Source: an uncultured bacterium (GTDB lineage: Bacteria; Myxococcota_A; UBA796). Taken from it: a stretch of 36,088 nt of DNA. The position numbers and the translations under genes are program-made. The stretch is taken from positions 1-36,088 of the forward strand of contig CAWVVG010000003.1 of the NCBI GenBank assembly GCA_963932775.1, read 5' to 3'. Below the pieces are notes generated by a model. It did no database searches, was not told where the DNA came from, and was given only the letters and a program-made list of their open reading frames with translations. Shown one piece after another: positions 1-8,676 of this stretch. Positions within the stretch are counted from its first letter, which is position 1. Every line of letters begins with the position of its first letter.

Positions 1-298
1 GATAGAGAGCGAGTGGTACGCCGGGACGGTTGAATCGGTGCTGCCCACCCTCGAGCTGGGTGGTGCGAAGCATGTGGTGGTGGACCCGCCGCGGGCCGGT
101 TTGCACCCCAAAGCAGCCCTATTTTTAGCCACCCTGGATGCAGAAGTCTTGGTGTATGTGGCCTGCAGTCCGACTTCGTTGGGTCGAGATAGACTGGTGT
201 TGGAAGAAGGTGGCTGGAGTCTGGAGCGCTTGTGGACGGTGGATTTGTTCCCACAAACGCCTCACGTCGAGGCAGTCGCTCGGTTTGTTAGACGTTGA
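1..298 (+). CDS. rlmD: 23S rRNA (uracil-C5)-methyltransferase RlmD/TrmA family, 3' end (5' truncated by window)
   Basis: Frame is open from base 2. Contains DPPRAG, YVACSPTSLGRD (catalytic Cys motif) and VDLFPQTPHVE, typical of the RlmD/TrmA C-terminus. Confidence 0.88.
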   Translation, partial: IESEWYAGTVESVLPTLELGGAKHVVVDPPRAGLHPKAALFLATLDAEVLVYVACSPTSLGRDRLVLEEGGWSLERLWTVDLFPQTPHVEAVARFVRR

Positions 299-358
299 GC
301 GCTTCGCGGTTCTTCGGGTTATTGGGCTGACCTCCTCAACACCCAACAGGAGCGCACC

Positions 359-2170
359 ATGTTTGCACCTGGCGAACACACATCTGGCTGGTCCCCTCTT
401 CTTTCAACAAAAGCGGGGTGCAGTCTTCACTCATACAAGGTGAAGACCATTACAAACCCCAGCCAGGACGAGCTCCGAGCCCTGGCTCTGGAGCACACAC
501 CTGCGGTGAGTCAGACGGCCCAAGGAAATTTGGTCAAAGTCGCAAAAAACAAGGCACGCAAGGCGCAGTGGACCTACGTGATCGCTCCTGAGACGGATGC
601 CGAAAAGTACAGTTGCAAGGTCATCGACCGGGACTTGGCAAACGCGCTCATCACCCGACAACGTGCCTACATTGAAGAGAAAGGAACCCTGATAGAAGTC
701 CGCGGCTTCATCGGTCTCGGTGCGCGGGCTGTTTCAACCCAGTGGCTCTACACCCTTGAGGGTGCGAACATCGCCGGGATGCAACAGGTGTTGAGCTTTC
801 CGGTATCCGATGTGCTCGATGTGGAGGACGAATTTGTGCCCACCTTCAAGGTGGTCTACACGCCCAATTGCCCAGCAACGGGCATGGAAGGTGGTCAGGC
901 GATCCTCGTTGATCTCGAAAATTACACCACCTACATCATGGGTCCAGACTACTTCGGTGAGTCCAAGAAGGGCGCGCTTCGGATGTTGAACCACAAGGTC
1001 TTCCAAGAAGGCGGACTGGTCCTGCACGCTGGAGCCAAGTCGGTACAGATCGACGGAAAGACAGTGTCCATGACCATCATGGGGCTGAGTGGAACCGGCA
1101 AGACCACGACCACGTTCTCGAAGCAAGGCGATGTCACCCAGCCCATTCAAGATGACATGGTCAGCCTTTGGCCAGCGGGCGAGCTGTCCATCACGGAGAA
1201 TGGTTGTTTTGCCAAGACATTTGGCCTCAACGAGGCCAACGAGCCCGTGATTTACCGTGGGACCATGTCTTCAGATGCTTGGGTTGAGAACGTTTACACC
1301 GATGCCCATGGTCGCTTCGACTTCGACAAGGGCGTGCTCTCCCCGACCGAGGCCAAGCGTCTCAAAGAGACCCTGTTGCTCACGGGAGCGAACGCTGAGA
1401 ACTTGGAGAGCTACATCACGGGTGGCGTAGATCCATCCAGCATTGTCAGTGAGTCCGGTACCGTTCAGCCTGGCTGGGACTTCGTCAAGTGGACGGAGAA
1501 TGGTCGCTCGATCATCCCGATGTCTTCCATTGAGGATGCCGCAGATTTGAAGCAAATTTCTGCGGTTGCCACCATGGGTATCTTGAATCGGGATGAGGGC
1601 GCTGATGCTGCGACACCAGGAATCGTTCGCTTCATCAGTCCCGCCCAGGCTGCGGGCTACTTTATGCTCGGTGAGACCACCAAGACTTCGGCTGCGGGCA
1701 CGGACACGGGCAAGACTCGCTCGCCCTTCACCCAGCCGTTCTTTCCTTTGGCCCACGGACTTCAGGCCCAGCGCTTTTCTGAGCTCGCTACCACCATGCC
1801 GAACGTCGGCCTGTGGATGATGAACACAGGCTTCGTCGGTGGAGATGCCGTGAGCGTGAAGGCAGGACGAGGACTGAAGGTCAAGATTCGCCATTCGAGT
1901 GCAATGCTCGAAGCAATGCTCAAAGATGAGGTCGTCTGGACCAAAGATCCAGACTTTGGCTATGAGGTTGTAGACGTCGATGCACCGGAGAACGCAGAAT
2001 TGCTCCAGAAGGTGCCCCAAGCAATCCTGAATCCACGGAGGTATTACCAATCGACAGGAAACCTTGCTGGGTACGAAGCCTGGGTGCTTCAGATGAAGGC
2101 TGAGCGTCGCTCCTTCCTCCAATCTTACGCGGTTGACGAGAGCATCATCTCGGCAGTTTTCGGCAGCTGA
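359..2170 (+). CDS. pckA: Phosphoenolpyruvate carboxykinase (ATP)
   Basis: Motifs YFGESKKG, LHAGAK, P-loop GLSGTGKTT, QDD, ENGCFAKT and TENGR. AGGAG at 348-352 precedes ATG 359; alternative GTG start at 440. Confidence 0.93.
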   Translation: MFAPGEHTSGWSPLLSTKAGCSLHSYKVKTITNPSQDELRALALEHTPAVSQTAQGNLVKVAKNKARKAQWTYVIAPETDAEKYSCKVIDRDLANALITRQRAYIEEKGTLIEVRGFIGLGARAVSTQWLYTLEGANIAGMQQVLSFPVSDVLDVEDEFVPTFKVVYTPNCPATGMEGGQAILVDLENYTTYIMGPDYFGESKKGALRMLNHKVFQEGGLVLHAGAKSVQIDGKTVSMTIMGLSGTGKTTTTFSKQGDVTQPIQDDMVSLWPAGELSITENGCFAKTFGLNEANEPVIYRGTMSSDAWVENVYTDAHGRFDFDKGVLSPTEAKRLKETLLLTGANAENLESYITGGVDPSSIVSESGTVQPGWDFVKWTENGRSIIPMSSIEDAADLKQISAVATMGILNRDEGADAATPGIVRFISPAQAAGYFMLGETTKTSAAGTDTGKTRSPFTQPFFPLAHGLQAQRFSELATTMPNVGLWMMNTGFVGGDAVSVKAGRGLKVKIRHSSAMLEAMLKDEVVWTKDPDFGYEVVDVDAPENAELLQKVPQAILNPRRYYQSTGNLAGYEAWVLQMKAERRSFLQSYAVDESIISAVFGS

Positions 2171-2265
2171 ATATTTGCTCAGGGCAGTCTCTGGGCACAT
2201 CCAAGGCGAGAGTCACGCACGCGCGAGGGCATTTACGGTAATATCGTCGCTGAGGAGAACTGCGC

Positions 2266-4605
2266 GTGGGACCTGTACTCAAGTACTCGCTACTGAGCAT
2301 TTCTCTGATCTGGGGAATTGCGATTGGAGGCCTATGGCCTCGGTTGATCGATATTCGAGAGAAGACCCGCTCGATGGCCGACAGTCATTTGAAGCATGAG
2401 GTCGCTCATCCTGGGTGGTCTTTCCCAGCGAAAATTTGGTCCGATGGTGCGCTGTTGGACCTTCCAAAAGAGCGACTGATCGAACACGCACGGTTGCGTG
2501 GGTATGTATTGGCTTGCCCTGCGCGCTTGCCGGGTGAGTACTGCGACAAGGGTGGAGTTGTGATTCCCCGTGGAGGCATCTTTCCTGAAGGGAAGCAACC
2601 CTCTGGATTGGCAGGCTGGACCCGTCCGTTGTCTCTCGAGCCCATGTTGATTGGATATCTGTTGGGACCCGATGGTGAGGTGCGGGATCATCTTCCTCTG
2701 GACGAAGCTCCAGAACACCTCATCGATGCGATCATCGCCGCTGAGGATGAAGAGTTCTGGAATCATCCTGGGGTGAACCCACTGGCCAGCATGCGGGCAT
2801 TGTGGGCCAACATCACCAAGGCTCGGTACAGTCAGGGGGCATCGACGCTGACCATGCAGGTGGTTCGGCGCCTCTCCCAGAACGAAGAAAAGACCATGTC
2901 GCGAAAGATTCGGGAGATGGCCATGGCGGTCACCCTGGACGGCTACATCGGCAAAGAGGGTGTCCTGCAGATGTACCTCGATGCCCCATACCTGGGTCAG
3001 GCAGGAAATTTGTCCATCTGTGGGTTTGAGGCCGCTGCTCAACATTACTGGGGAAAGTCAGCTCGGGACTTGTCTCTTGGCGAGGCGGCAACCTTGGCAG
3101 GTATTCTTCCCGCTCCTGGCCGGTACGGGCCTGACATTGCACCGACCAACGCCAAACTCCGTAGGGATCGAGTCCTCCGACGGATGGAGCTGATGGGCTA
3201 CAACGTCGATGACGCTCGCATGGAACCGGTCTCTACTGAGATGACGCCGCTGCCGCAGACCAAGTACCCATCGTATATGCAGTCGACCCGTGCTTGGTTG
3301 GAGGCTCATATGCCGAGCCAGTCTGTGTACGGCGCAGGCCTTAATGTCTACACGGCCCTCGATGTGGTGGCCCAAGAACGCACCGAAGAAATCATCGGTG
3401 AAAAGGTTGCCTACCTTGAGAAGTCGGTGGGACATCGGAGCGAGGAGCCGCTTCAAGCGGCAGCCGCCTTGGTGGACCCAAATACTGGCGCCTTGGTGGC
3501 GGTCTATGGTGGCCGAGATTCCACATCCACAGGCTTTAATCGTGCGACTCAAGCCCGGCGCCAAGCGGGCTCGAGCTTTAAGCCGCTGGTATATGCCTTG
3601 GCATTTTCGCGCATGGATGGCGATGGAATGCCCCTGTACACCGCCTCGGACACCGTCCCCAATGAGCGGCGGACCTTTGAGAACACCGATGGGTGGCGCC
3701 CACGGAATGTCGGTGGAAAATACACAGCGACCATTCCCCTTGCCCAAGCCTTGGCGAGCAGCTCCAATGTCGGTACTGCGTCGCTCTTGGAGGAGCTTGG
3801 TGGGCCGAGACACTTGGTAGATTTCGCTGATCACCTGGGCTTTGAGAAGCGGTGGTTGCCAGAGGAGATGGGCTTGGCACTCGGGCAGGGTGAGGTCACC
3901 CCCCTTGAGATGGCTTCATTCGTATCTGCGGTCATCAACGGGGGCCGGCGATCGATGGGAAGTCCGGTGTTGCTTGCTCGTGATGCTGCCCAACAGATTC
4001 TCGTAGGTGCGCTGACACAGGAGCGTCCTGCGATGTCCCCTGAGGCTGCGGCGCTTACCCGAGAGTTGATGCGTGGCGTGGTGCTCTCCGGAACCGGTGG
4101 CGCAGTCCGCGGTGTCAATGGAATCGTAGGCTATGAGGGTGAAGCGATAGGAAAGACAGGTACCACCGACAAGGAAATGGACCTTTGGTTCGTCGGCGGG
4201 ACACCCCGGTACGCGAGTGCGCTTTGGGTGGGCTACGACACACCCGCCACCATCGGCGGAAGCTCCAGCGAGCTGGCAGCACCCTTGTGGGGATGGTGGA
4301 TGAAGGGCCTTCACGATGGCCTCGCTAAGCGGAGCTTCGAGGGACCCGAGATCGAGTACCGGCAGATCTGTATCGTGACCGGGTTGCGTCCTCAGAGGGG
4401 GCAAGGCTGTTTGAGTATTCGGGCACCCTTCCTGCCAGGCACAGCTCCGAAAGGTGTATCGAGTGTCTGTGCCAAGCCAGACCCCGAGAAGAAGTTCGTG
4501 AGCATGTGGAAGCGCCGCAGGCAGAGTGCTGCTGGCGGTGAGCCATCCAAATCCACGGGTCAAGCGACAGGAAAATCACGCGCTACCGGTCCAGCACCGT
4601 TTTAA
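2266..4605 (+). CDS. mrcB: Class A penicillin-binding protein (transglycosylase/transpeptidase), PBP1B-like
   Basis: N-terminal TM. GT51 motifs EDEEFWNHPG, GASTLTMQ, RKIREM. Transpeptidase motifs SSFK (SxxK), SSN (SxN), KTG. UB2H-like segment after the TM. GAGGAG before the GTG. Confidence 0.88.
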   Translation: MGPVLKYSLLSISLIWGIAIGGLWPRLIDIREKTRSMADSHLKHEVAHPGWSFPAKIWSDGALLDLPKERLIEHARLRGYVLACPARLPGEYCDKGGVVIPRGGIFPEGKQPSGLAGWTRPLSLEPMLIGYLLGPDGEVRDHLPLDEAPEHLIDAIIAAEDEEFWNHPGVNPLASMRALWANITKARYSQGASTLTMQVVRRLSQNEEKTMSRKIREMAMAVTLDGYIGKEGVLQMYLDAPYLGQAGNLSICGFEAAAQHYWGKSARDLSLGEAATLAGILPAPGRYGPDIAPTNAKLRRDRVLRRMELMGYNVDDARMEPVSTEMTPLPQTKYPSYMQSTRAWLEAHMPSQSVYGAGLNVYTALDVVAQERTEEIIGEKVAYLEKSVGHRSEEPLQAAAALVDPNTGALVAVYGGRDSTSTGFNRATQARRQAGSSFKPLVYALAFSRMDGDGMPLYTASDTVPNERRTFENTDGWRPRNVGGKYTATIPLAQALASSSNVGTASLLEELGGPRHLVDFADHLGFEKRWLPEEMGLALGQGEVTPLEMASFVSAVINGGRRSMGSPVLLARDAAQQILVGALTQERPAMSPEAAALTRELMRGVVLSGTGGAVRGVNGIVGYEGEAIGKTGTTDKEMDLWFVGGTPRYASALWVGYDTPATIGGSSSELAAPLWGWWMKGLHDGLAKRSFEGPEIEYRQICIVTGLRPQRGQGCLSIRAPFLPGTAPKGVSSVCAKPDPEKKFVSMWKRRRQSAAGGEPSKSTGQATGKSRATGPAPF

Positions 4606-4614
4606 GGGGGGACC

Positions 4615-5634
4615 ATGTCAGTTCGACGCTTGGGTGCCACGTCATTGTCTCTGAGTCGAGTCATCCTTGGAGCCTGGTCCTACGGAGGCTGGTACTGGGG
4701 AGGGGCTGAGGACGATGCATCCATTCGCACCATTCATGCGGCGGTGGATTGTGGAATCACGAGCATCGATACCGCGCCGGTCTATGGGTTCGGGAGATCC
4801 GAGGAAGTAGTGGGTCGTGCGTTGGTTGGAATTCGGGAACGGGTTCAGATCATGACCAAGGTGGGCTTGCGGTGGGACACCGATGAGGGCTCACATTTCT
4901 TCGATACCGAAGACCCTGAAGGTCGATCTTGGACCATCAACCGAAACCTGCGGCCAGAGTCTGTTCGCTGGGAGGTAGAGCAGTCTCTGCGGCGCCTGGG
5001 CGTCGACCACATTGACCTCATTCAGTGTCACTGGCCGGACCCCTCTTGTCCGATTGATGAGACCATGGGAGCGCTCGCTGATCTGCACCAACAGGGCAAA
5101 GTTGGTGCTGTGGGGGTATCCAATTTTTCCCCTGAGCAAATGATCGAGGCGGCCCGGGCCTTGGGAAGTGTTCCCTTGGCATCGAATCAGCCGAGGTACT
5201 CACTGCTCCATCGTAAAATTGAGCGGGATGTACTGCCTCATTGTGTGGAGTCGAACATTGGCGTCGTGGCGTATTCCCCGATGGGTCGGGGAATACTCAC
5301 AGGCCGGGTCACCATGGACCGTGTCTTTCCAAAGGGAGATGGTCGTGCCGACGAACCCCTGTATCATCCGGAGAATCGGGCCCTGGTTCTCGATGCCTTG
5401 GAGCGCGTGCGGCCCATCGCGACTGCCCATGGCATCACCTTGGCCAATTTGGCTGTCGCCTGGGTCCTCCATCAGCCGGGCGTGACTGGCGCTCTTGTTG
5501 GTGCACGGACCCCGGATCAGGCCCTGGAGAATGCGGCTGCCATGAATGTTGCGCTCAGCGACGCGGATCTCGCGCTTTTGCGCTCGGTATTCGAGGATAC
5601 CCGCATCAATAATCGGCCTGGGTCCAGCAAATGA
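4615..5634 (+). CDS. Aldo/keto reductase
   Basis: Motifs IDTAPVYG, SEEVVG, TKVG, SLRRLGVDHIDLIQCHWPD, GVSNF, YSPMGRGIL. Confidence 0.95.
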   Translation: MSVRRLGATSLSLSRVILGAWSYGGWYWGGAEDDASIRTIHAAVDCGITSIDTAPVYGFGRSEEVVGRALVGIRERVQIMTKVGLRWDTDEGSHFFDTEDPEGRSWTINRNLRPESVRWEVEQSLRRLGVDHIDLIQCHWPDPSCPIDETMGALADLHQQGKVGAVGVSNFSPEQMIEAARALGSVPLASNQPRYSLLHRKIERDVLPHCVESNIGVVAYSPMGRGILTGRVTMDRVFPKGDGRADEPLYHPENRALVLDALERVRPIATAHGITLANLAVAWVLHQPGVTGALVGARTPDQALENAAAMNVALSDADLALLRSVFEDTRINNRPGSSK

Positions 5635-7322
5635 GCCGCATGGAGTGGTCTTTGCGGGGCCTGTTTTGGATTGTGGTGGCGGTGTTCGTGACGTGGCCGG
5701 CGTCTCTGTCTCCTGCCACTTCGTTGATTGGTCATGCAGATGTCGACGTGTGGAATCATGCATGGGGGTATTGGTTTATTCCCCATCAGATCTCAAGCCT
5801 GGAGTGGCCGTTCTCGACAGACTTGATCGGTGTACCAGAGGGTGGAGATCTCTACTTTATTGATCTGCTGGGTGCGTTGATTGGAACCCCGTTGGCGTGG
5901 TGCTTTGGCCCGGCGGTGGCCTACAACTGGGTGACGGTTCTTCGGATCGCCGCAGCAGGCCTGGCCGGTCAGTGCTTGGCTGGTTCTGTGCTGGGCAAAG
6001 GACCCCACTGTGCAGTCGCGGGACTGGGTTTGGCGACCCTGCCATTTCTTCTCACCGAGATGTCCAACGGGATCTCGGAGGTGGTGGCCATACACTGGAT
6101 TGTCTGGTGTCTATGGGCGGGGTGGCTGGTGCTCGAAGAGCCGACCCGCAAGCGTTGGGTTCGCCTGGCGGTGGTGTTTGGTCTGACCACCATTGCGAAC
6201 TTCTACTACGGTCTGGTGAGTGCGATGGTGCTCGCTGTGATGGCAGCTTTGCGGGGGTTTCGGGCCTGGCGTGCAGGGTGGAGACCGTCGCGCCCCGATG
6301 CTGTGGAGCCCGTTCGCGCACTCATCTTGGGTGCTGTAATCTCTCTTCCATTTTGGGGGGCCTTTCAGTGGACACTTCACAGCGAAAATGCCCTTATTGT
6401 GCGGCCAAAACAGTTTGGTGCGGGTTGGATTCTCAGTCACAACGCCGTTGATCCGCGCACCTATTTTATGCCCGGAGATTTTCAGTCGGTGGACCTCGCA
6501 GCGTACGGAGAGGCGTTTGTTCACACGGGCTACCTCCGCTGGACCGTCATTGTGTTGGCGATCATTGGCCTTGTACGAAACCCCAAGCTGAGAGACTGGG
6601 GTGTCGCCGCATGCGTGTCTCTTGTGGTGGGCCTCGGTCCCATTTTGTATCTTGGCGATTGGGTCAAAATTGGTGGGCACGCGGTCTCGTTGCCATTTTA
6701 CTGGGGCCAGTTGCTCCTGCCCGACGTGGCGATCACCCATCCTCTCCGCCTGAGCATCGGTGGGCAGATTATTTTTGTCTTGCTCGCTGCGGGAGGCTTA
6801 TTGAGCATGGGTCGGGTTTGGCTGGCACCGCTCGCTGGTATTTTGATTGTTGTGGAGTCTCTGTGGGCGTCGCCCGGCTCTTGGCCGGTACCCACAGCGG
6901 ACGCACGGATACCACCCGCCTACGCTGAAATTTCTGGAGATGGGCCTGTTCTTGATCTGCCAGGTAGCGTGGGGGCCACCATGGCCACGAGTCGATATTT
7001 TTGGTACCAGACTGCCCATGAGCGAGGAATTCCATACTCGCCGAATGTGCGCCTGGATAGCTGTCGGGACTTGGAGGTCCAGAGTGCCTTTACCGACCCC
7101 TATCTACGGGAAGGAAAACGCCAGGTCGTGGAGCACCCAGCCAAAGGGCCGGATCTGTACCAGAAGGCCCTGGCCCGACGGTATTCTGCCATTGTATTGC
7201 ACACGGATCTGGAGGATCGGGCGGGCCTGAAGAGCGCGTATACACCGGTATTGACCAGCGTGTTTGGTCCACCCACAGTGGATGGCCCGTTAATGGTGTG
7301 GACCTTTGGGGGGACGCCATGA
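5631..7322 (+). CDS. Multi-pass membrane protein, probable GT-C superfamily glycosyltransferase
   Basis: About 10-12 hydrophobic segments. Acidic DVD motif in the first extracytoplasmic loop (HADVDVWNHAW). Soluble C-terminal domain (VLDLP...YQTAH). ATGA overlap with the upstream gene. Confidence 0.6.
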   Translation: MSRMEWSLRGLFWIVVAVFVTWPASLSPATSLIGHADVDVWNHAWGYWFIPHQISSLEWPFSTDLIGVPEGGDLYFIDLLGALIGTPLAWCFGPAVAYNWVTVLRIAAAGLAGQCLAGSVLGKGPHCAVAGLGLATLPFLLTEMSNGISEVVAIHWIVWCLWAGWLVLEEPTRKRWVRLAVVFGLTTIANFYYGLVSAMVLAVMAALRGFRAWRAGWRPSRPDAVEPVRALILGAVISLPFWGAFQWTLHSENALIVRPKQFGAGWILSHNAVDPRTYFMPGDFQSVDLAAYGEAFVHTGYLRWTVIVLAIIGLVRNPKLRDWGVAACVSLVVGLGPILYLGDWVKIGGHAVSLPFYWGQLLLPDVAITHPLRLSIGGQIIFVLLAAGGLLSMGRVWLAPLAGILIVVESLWASPGSWPVPTADARIPPAYAEISGDGPVLDLPGSVGATMATSRYFWYQTAHERGIPYSPNVRLDSCRDLEVQSAFTDPYLREGKRQVVEHPAKGPDLYQKALARRYSAIVLHTDLEDRAGLKSAYTPVLTSVFGPPTVDGPLMVWTFGGTP

Positions 7323-8617
7323 TGATGATCATACTGGGATGGATGGTGGCGTGTTCCACCAATGAGCACACCCCGGTGGGTCCAAACATCGGGACCCCAG
7401 CTGGCGATGTCATGGGTGTTGTGGCGGGCATGAAGCACCCCCCGATTCCTGCTGACAGCCCGGCCTGGCGGCATGACCCCGGGGGGTTTGTCCCTGACTT
7501 CAACTTCTATGGTGAGCGCAACTGGGACGATGTCCGAATGCGGGTGGCTGGTCATATCGCTGTGATCGAGCGGGACAGGGCCAGACTTTTAGCCTCTGAT
7601 GGCCGGTTTGATGAGGCCGCCCGAATCTATGCTGAGTTGGCCAGGACATTGACCACGATGATTCCGGCTGAGGGTGGAGCATCGGTGGCCATTCCTTCGC
7701 TGGCCCGGGATGCTGCTCAGAGGGATGCGGAACTCATGAAGGGCATGCACACCGGCGCGGTCCCTACATCGGACACAGGCGTGGCAGGCATTCGGTCACA
7801 CTTCCTGTCACACCGACGCTCTGGGACCCTCACAGTACAAGTCGCCATACAGCTGCGGTCCTCACTGTCGTCATTGGCGAAACAAGTGGAGGTACCGGCC
7901 ATCGATGGATTCGATGACTTTGATGATAGACACGCACTTCGTATTCGCTTGTGGGAGCTGTATCTGGATGGTGTGGACCCGATTCAAACCCACGAACCCT
8001 GGGGCTATTTTGACGGTGCTGCTCGCGCCGCAGACATCGCGCATCTCGATGCTGAGATTGCTATCGCTGCGGGTCTGGAGCCACCGAAGTCCGCCGCGGT
8101 TCCTGTGGCGTTTTCAGTTCAGGGTGCTGGAGGCATGCCGACAGGGGACAGCCTGATCGATGTCGCGGGCCAGCCCGGGCCCAAGGCCATTGGACAGCTT
8201 GCGAAGCTTGGACTCGACGACCCCGCCCATCATCGTTGGGTTGAAGACACGGTATTTGTGCTCAATTCCAAGCTGAAAGAGAATCCAGGTGGTGTGCTCT
8301 CTATCGTTCATACCCGGACATCCCATCTCGACAAAATGGGCCATGGTAGCCGGTACTACAACATCAAACAGCTAAGAAATGAAGCCGTTCGTGTCCTGGC
8401 TCAGGCTGGACACCCGAGGGTGGCAATTCAGGTGCTTCAGATGAACTACCCGATTCATCATCAAGACTGGGAGTGCCCCAATCGCGAAGGCATATTGGTC
8501 GCCATTGAGGGACGGCTGTCTGCCCAGGCGGGCCTCCAGAATGCGATGGCACGATTGACGGAAGCCCGGGGGCTCACCGACGCTTACTTGGCGAAAGTAG
8601 ATTCAGCCTCGAGATAA
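7319..8617 (+). CDS. Putative lipoprotein of unknown function
   Basis: ATG 7319 overlaps the upstream TGA. Signal MMMIILGWMVA-C has a lipobox-like Cys. Ala-rich, likely helical body with no recognised family. Confidence 0.7.
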   Translation: MMMIILGWMVACSTNEHTPVGPNIGTPAGDVMGVVAGMKHPPIPADSPAWRHDPGGFVPDFNFYGERNWDDVRMRVAGHIAVIERDRARLLASDGRFDEAARIYAELARTLTTMIPAEGGASVAIPSLARDAAQRDAELMKGMHTGAVPTSDTGVAGIRSHFLSHRRSGTLTVQVAIQLRSSLSSLAKQVEVPAIDGFDDFDDRHALRIRLWELYLDGVDPIQTHEPWGYFDGAARAADIAHLDAEIAIAAGLEPPKSAAVPVAFSVQGAGGMPTGDSLIDVAGQPGPKAIGQLAKLGLDDPAHHRWVEDTVFVLNSKLKENPGGVLSIVHTRTSHLDKMGHGSRYYNIKQLRNEAVRVLAQAGHPRVAIQVLQMNYPIHHQDWECPNREGILVAIEGRLSAQAGLQNAMARLTEARGLTDAYLAKVDSASR

Positions 8618-8676
8618 GGTCGTCAAGCGGGATCTGCTGACTCACAACCCCGACGCTCCTACAGCGCGGTGTAGGC

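Noticed and set aside
1271-2200. Long antisense ORFs (this 309-aa one and others such as 13864-14706 and 23331-24131)
   Set aside because: These are shadow ORFs expected opposite GC-rich genes with strong codon bias, and they contain no motifs.
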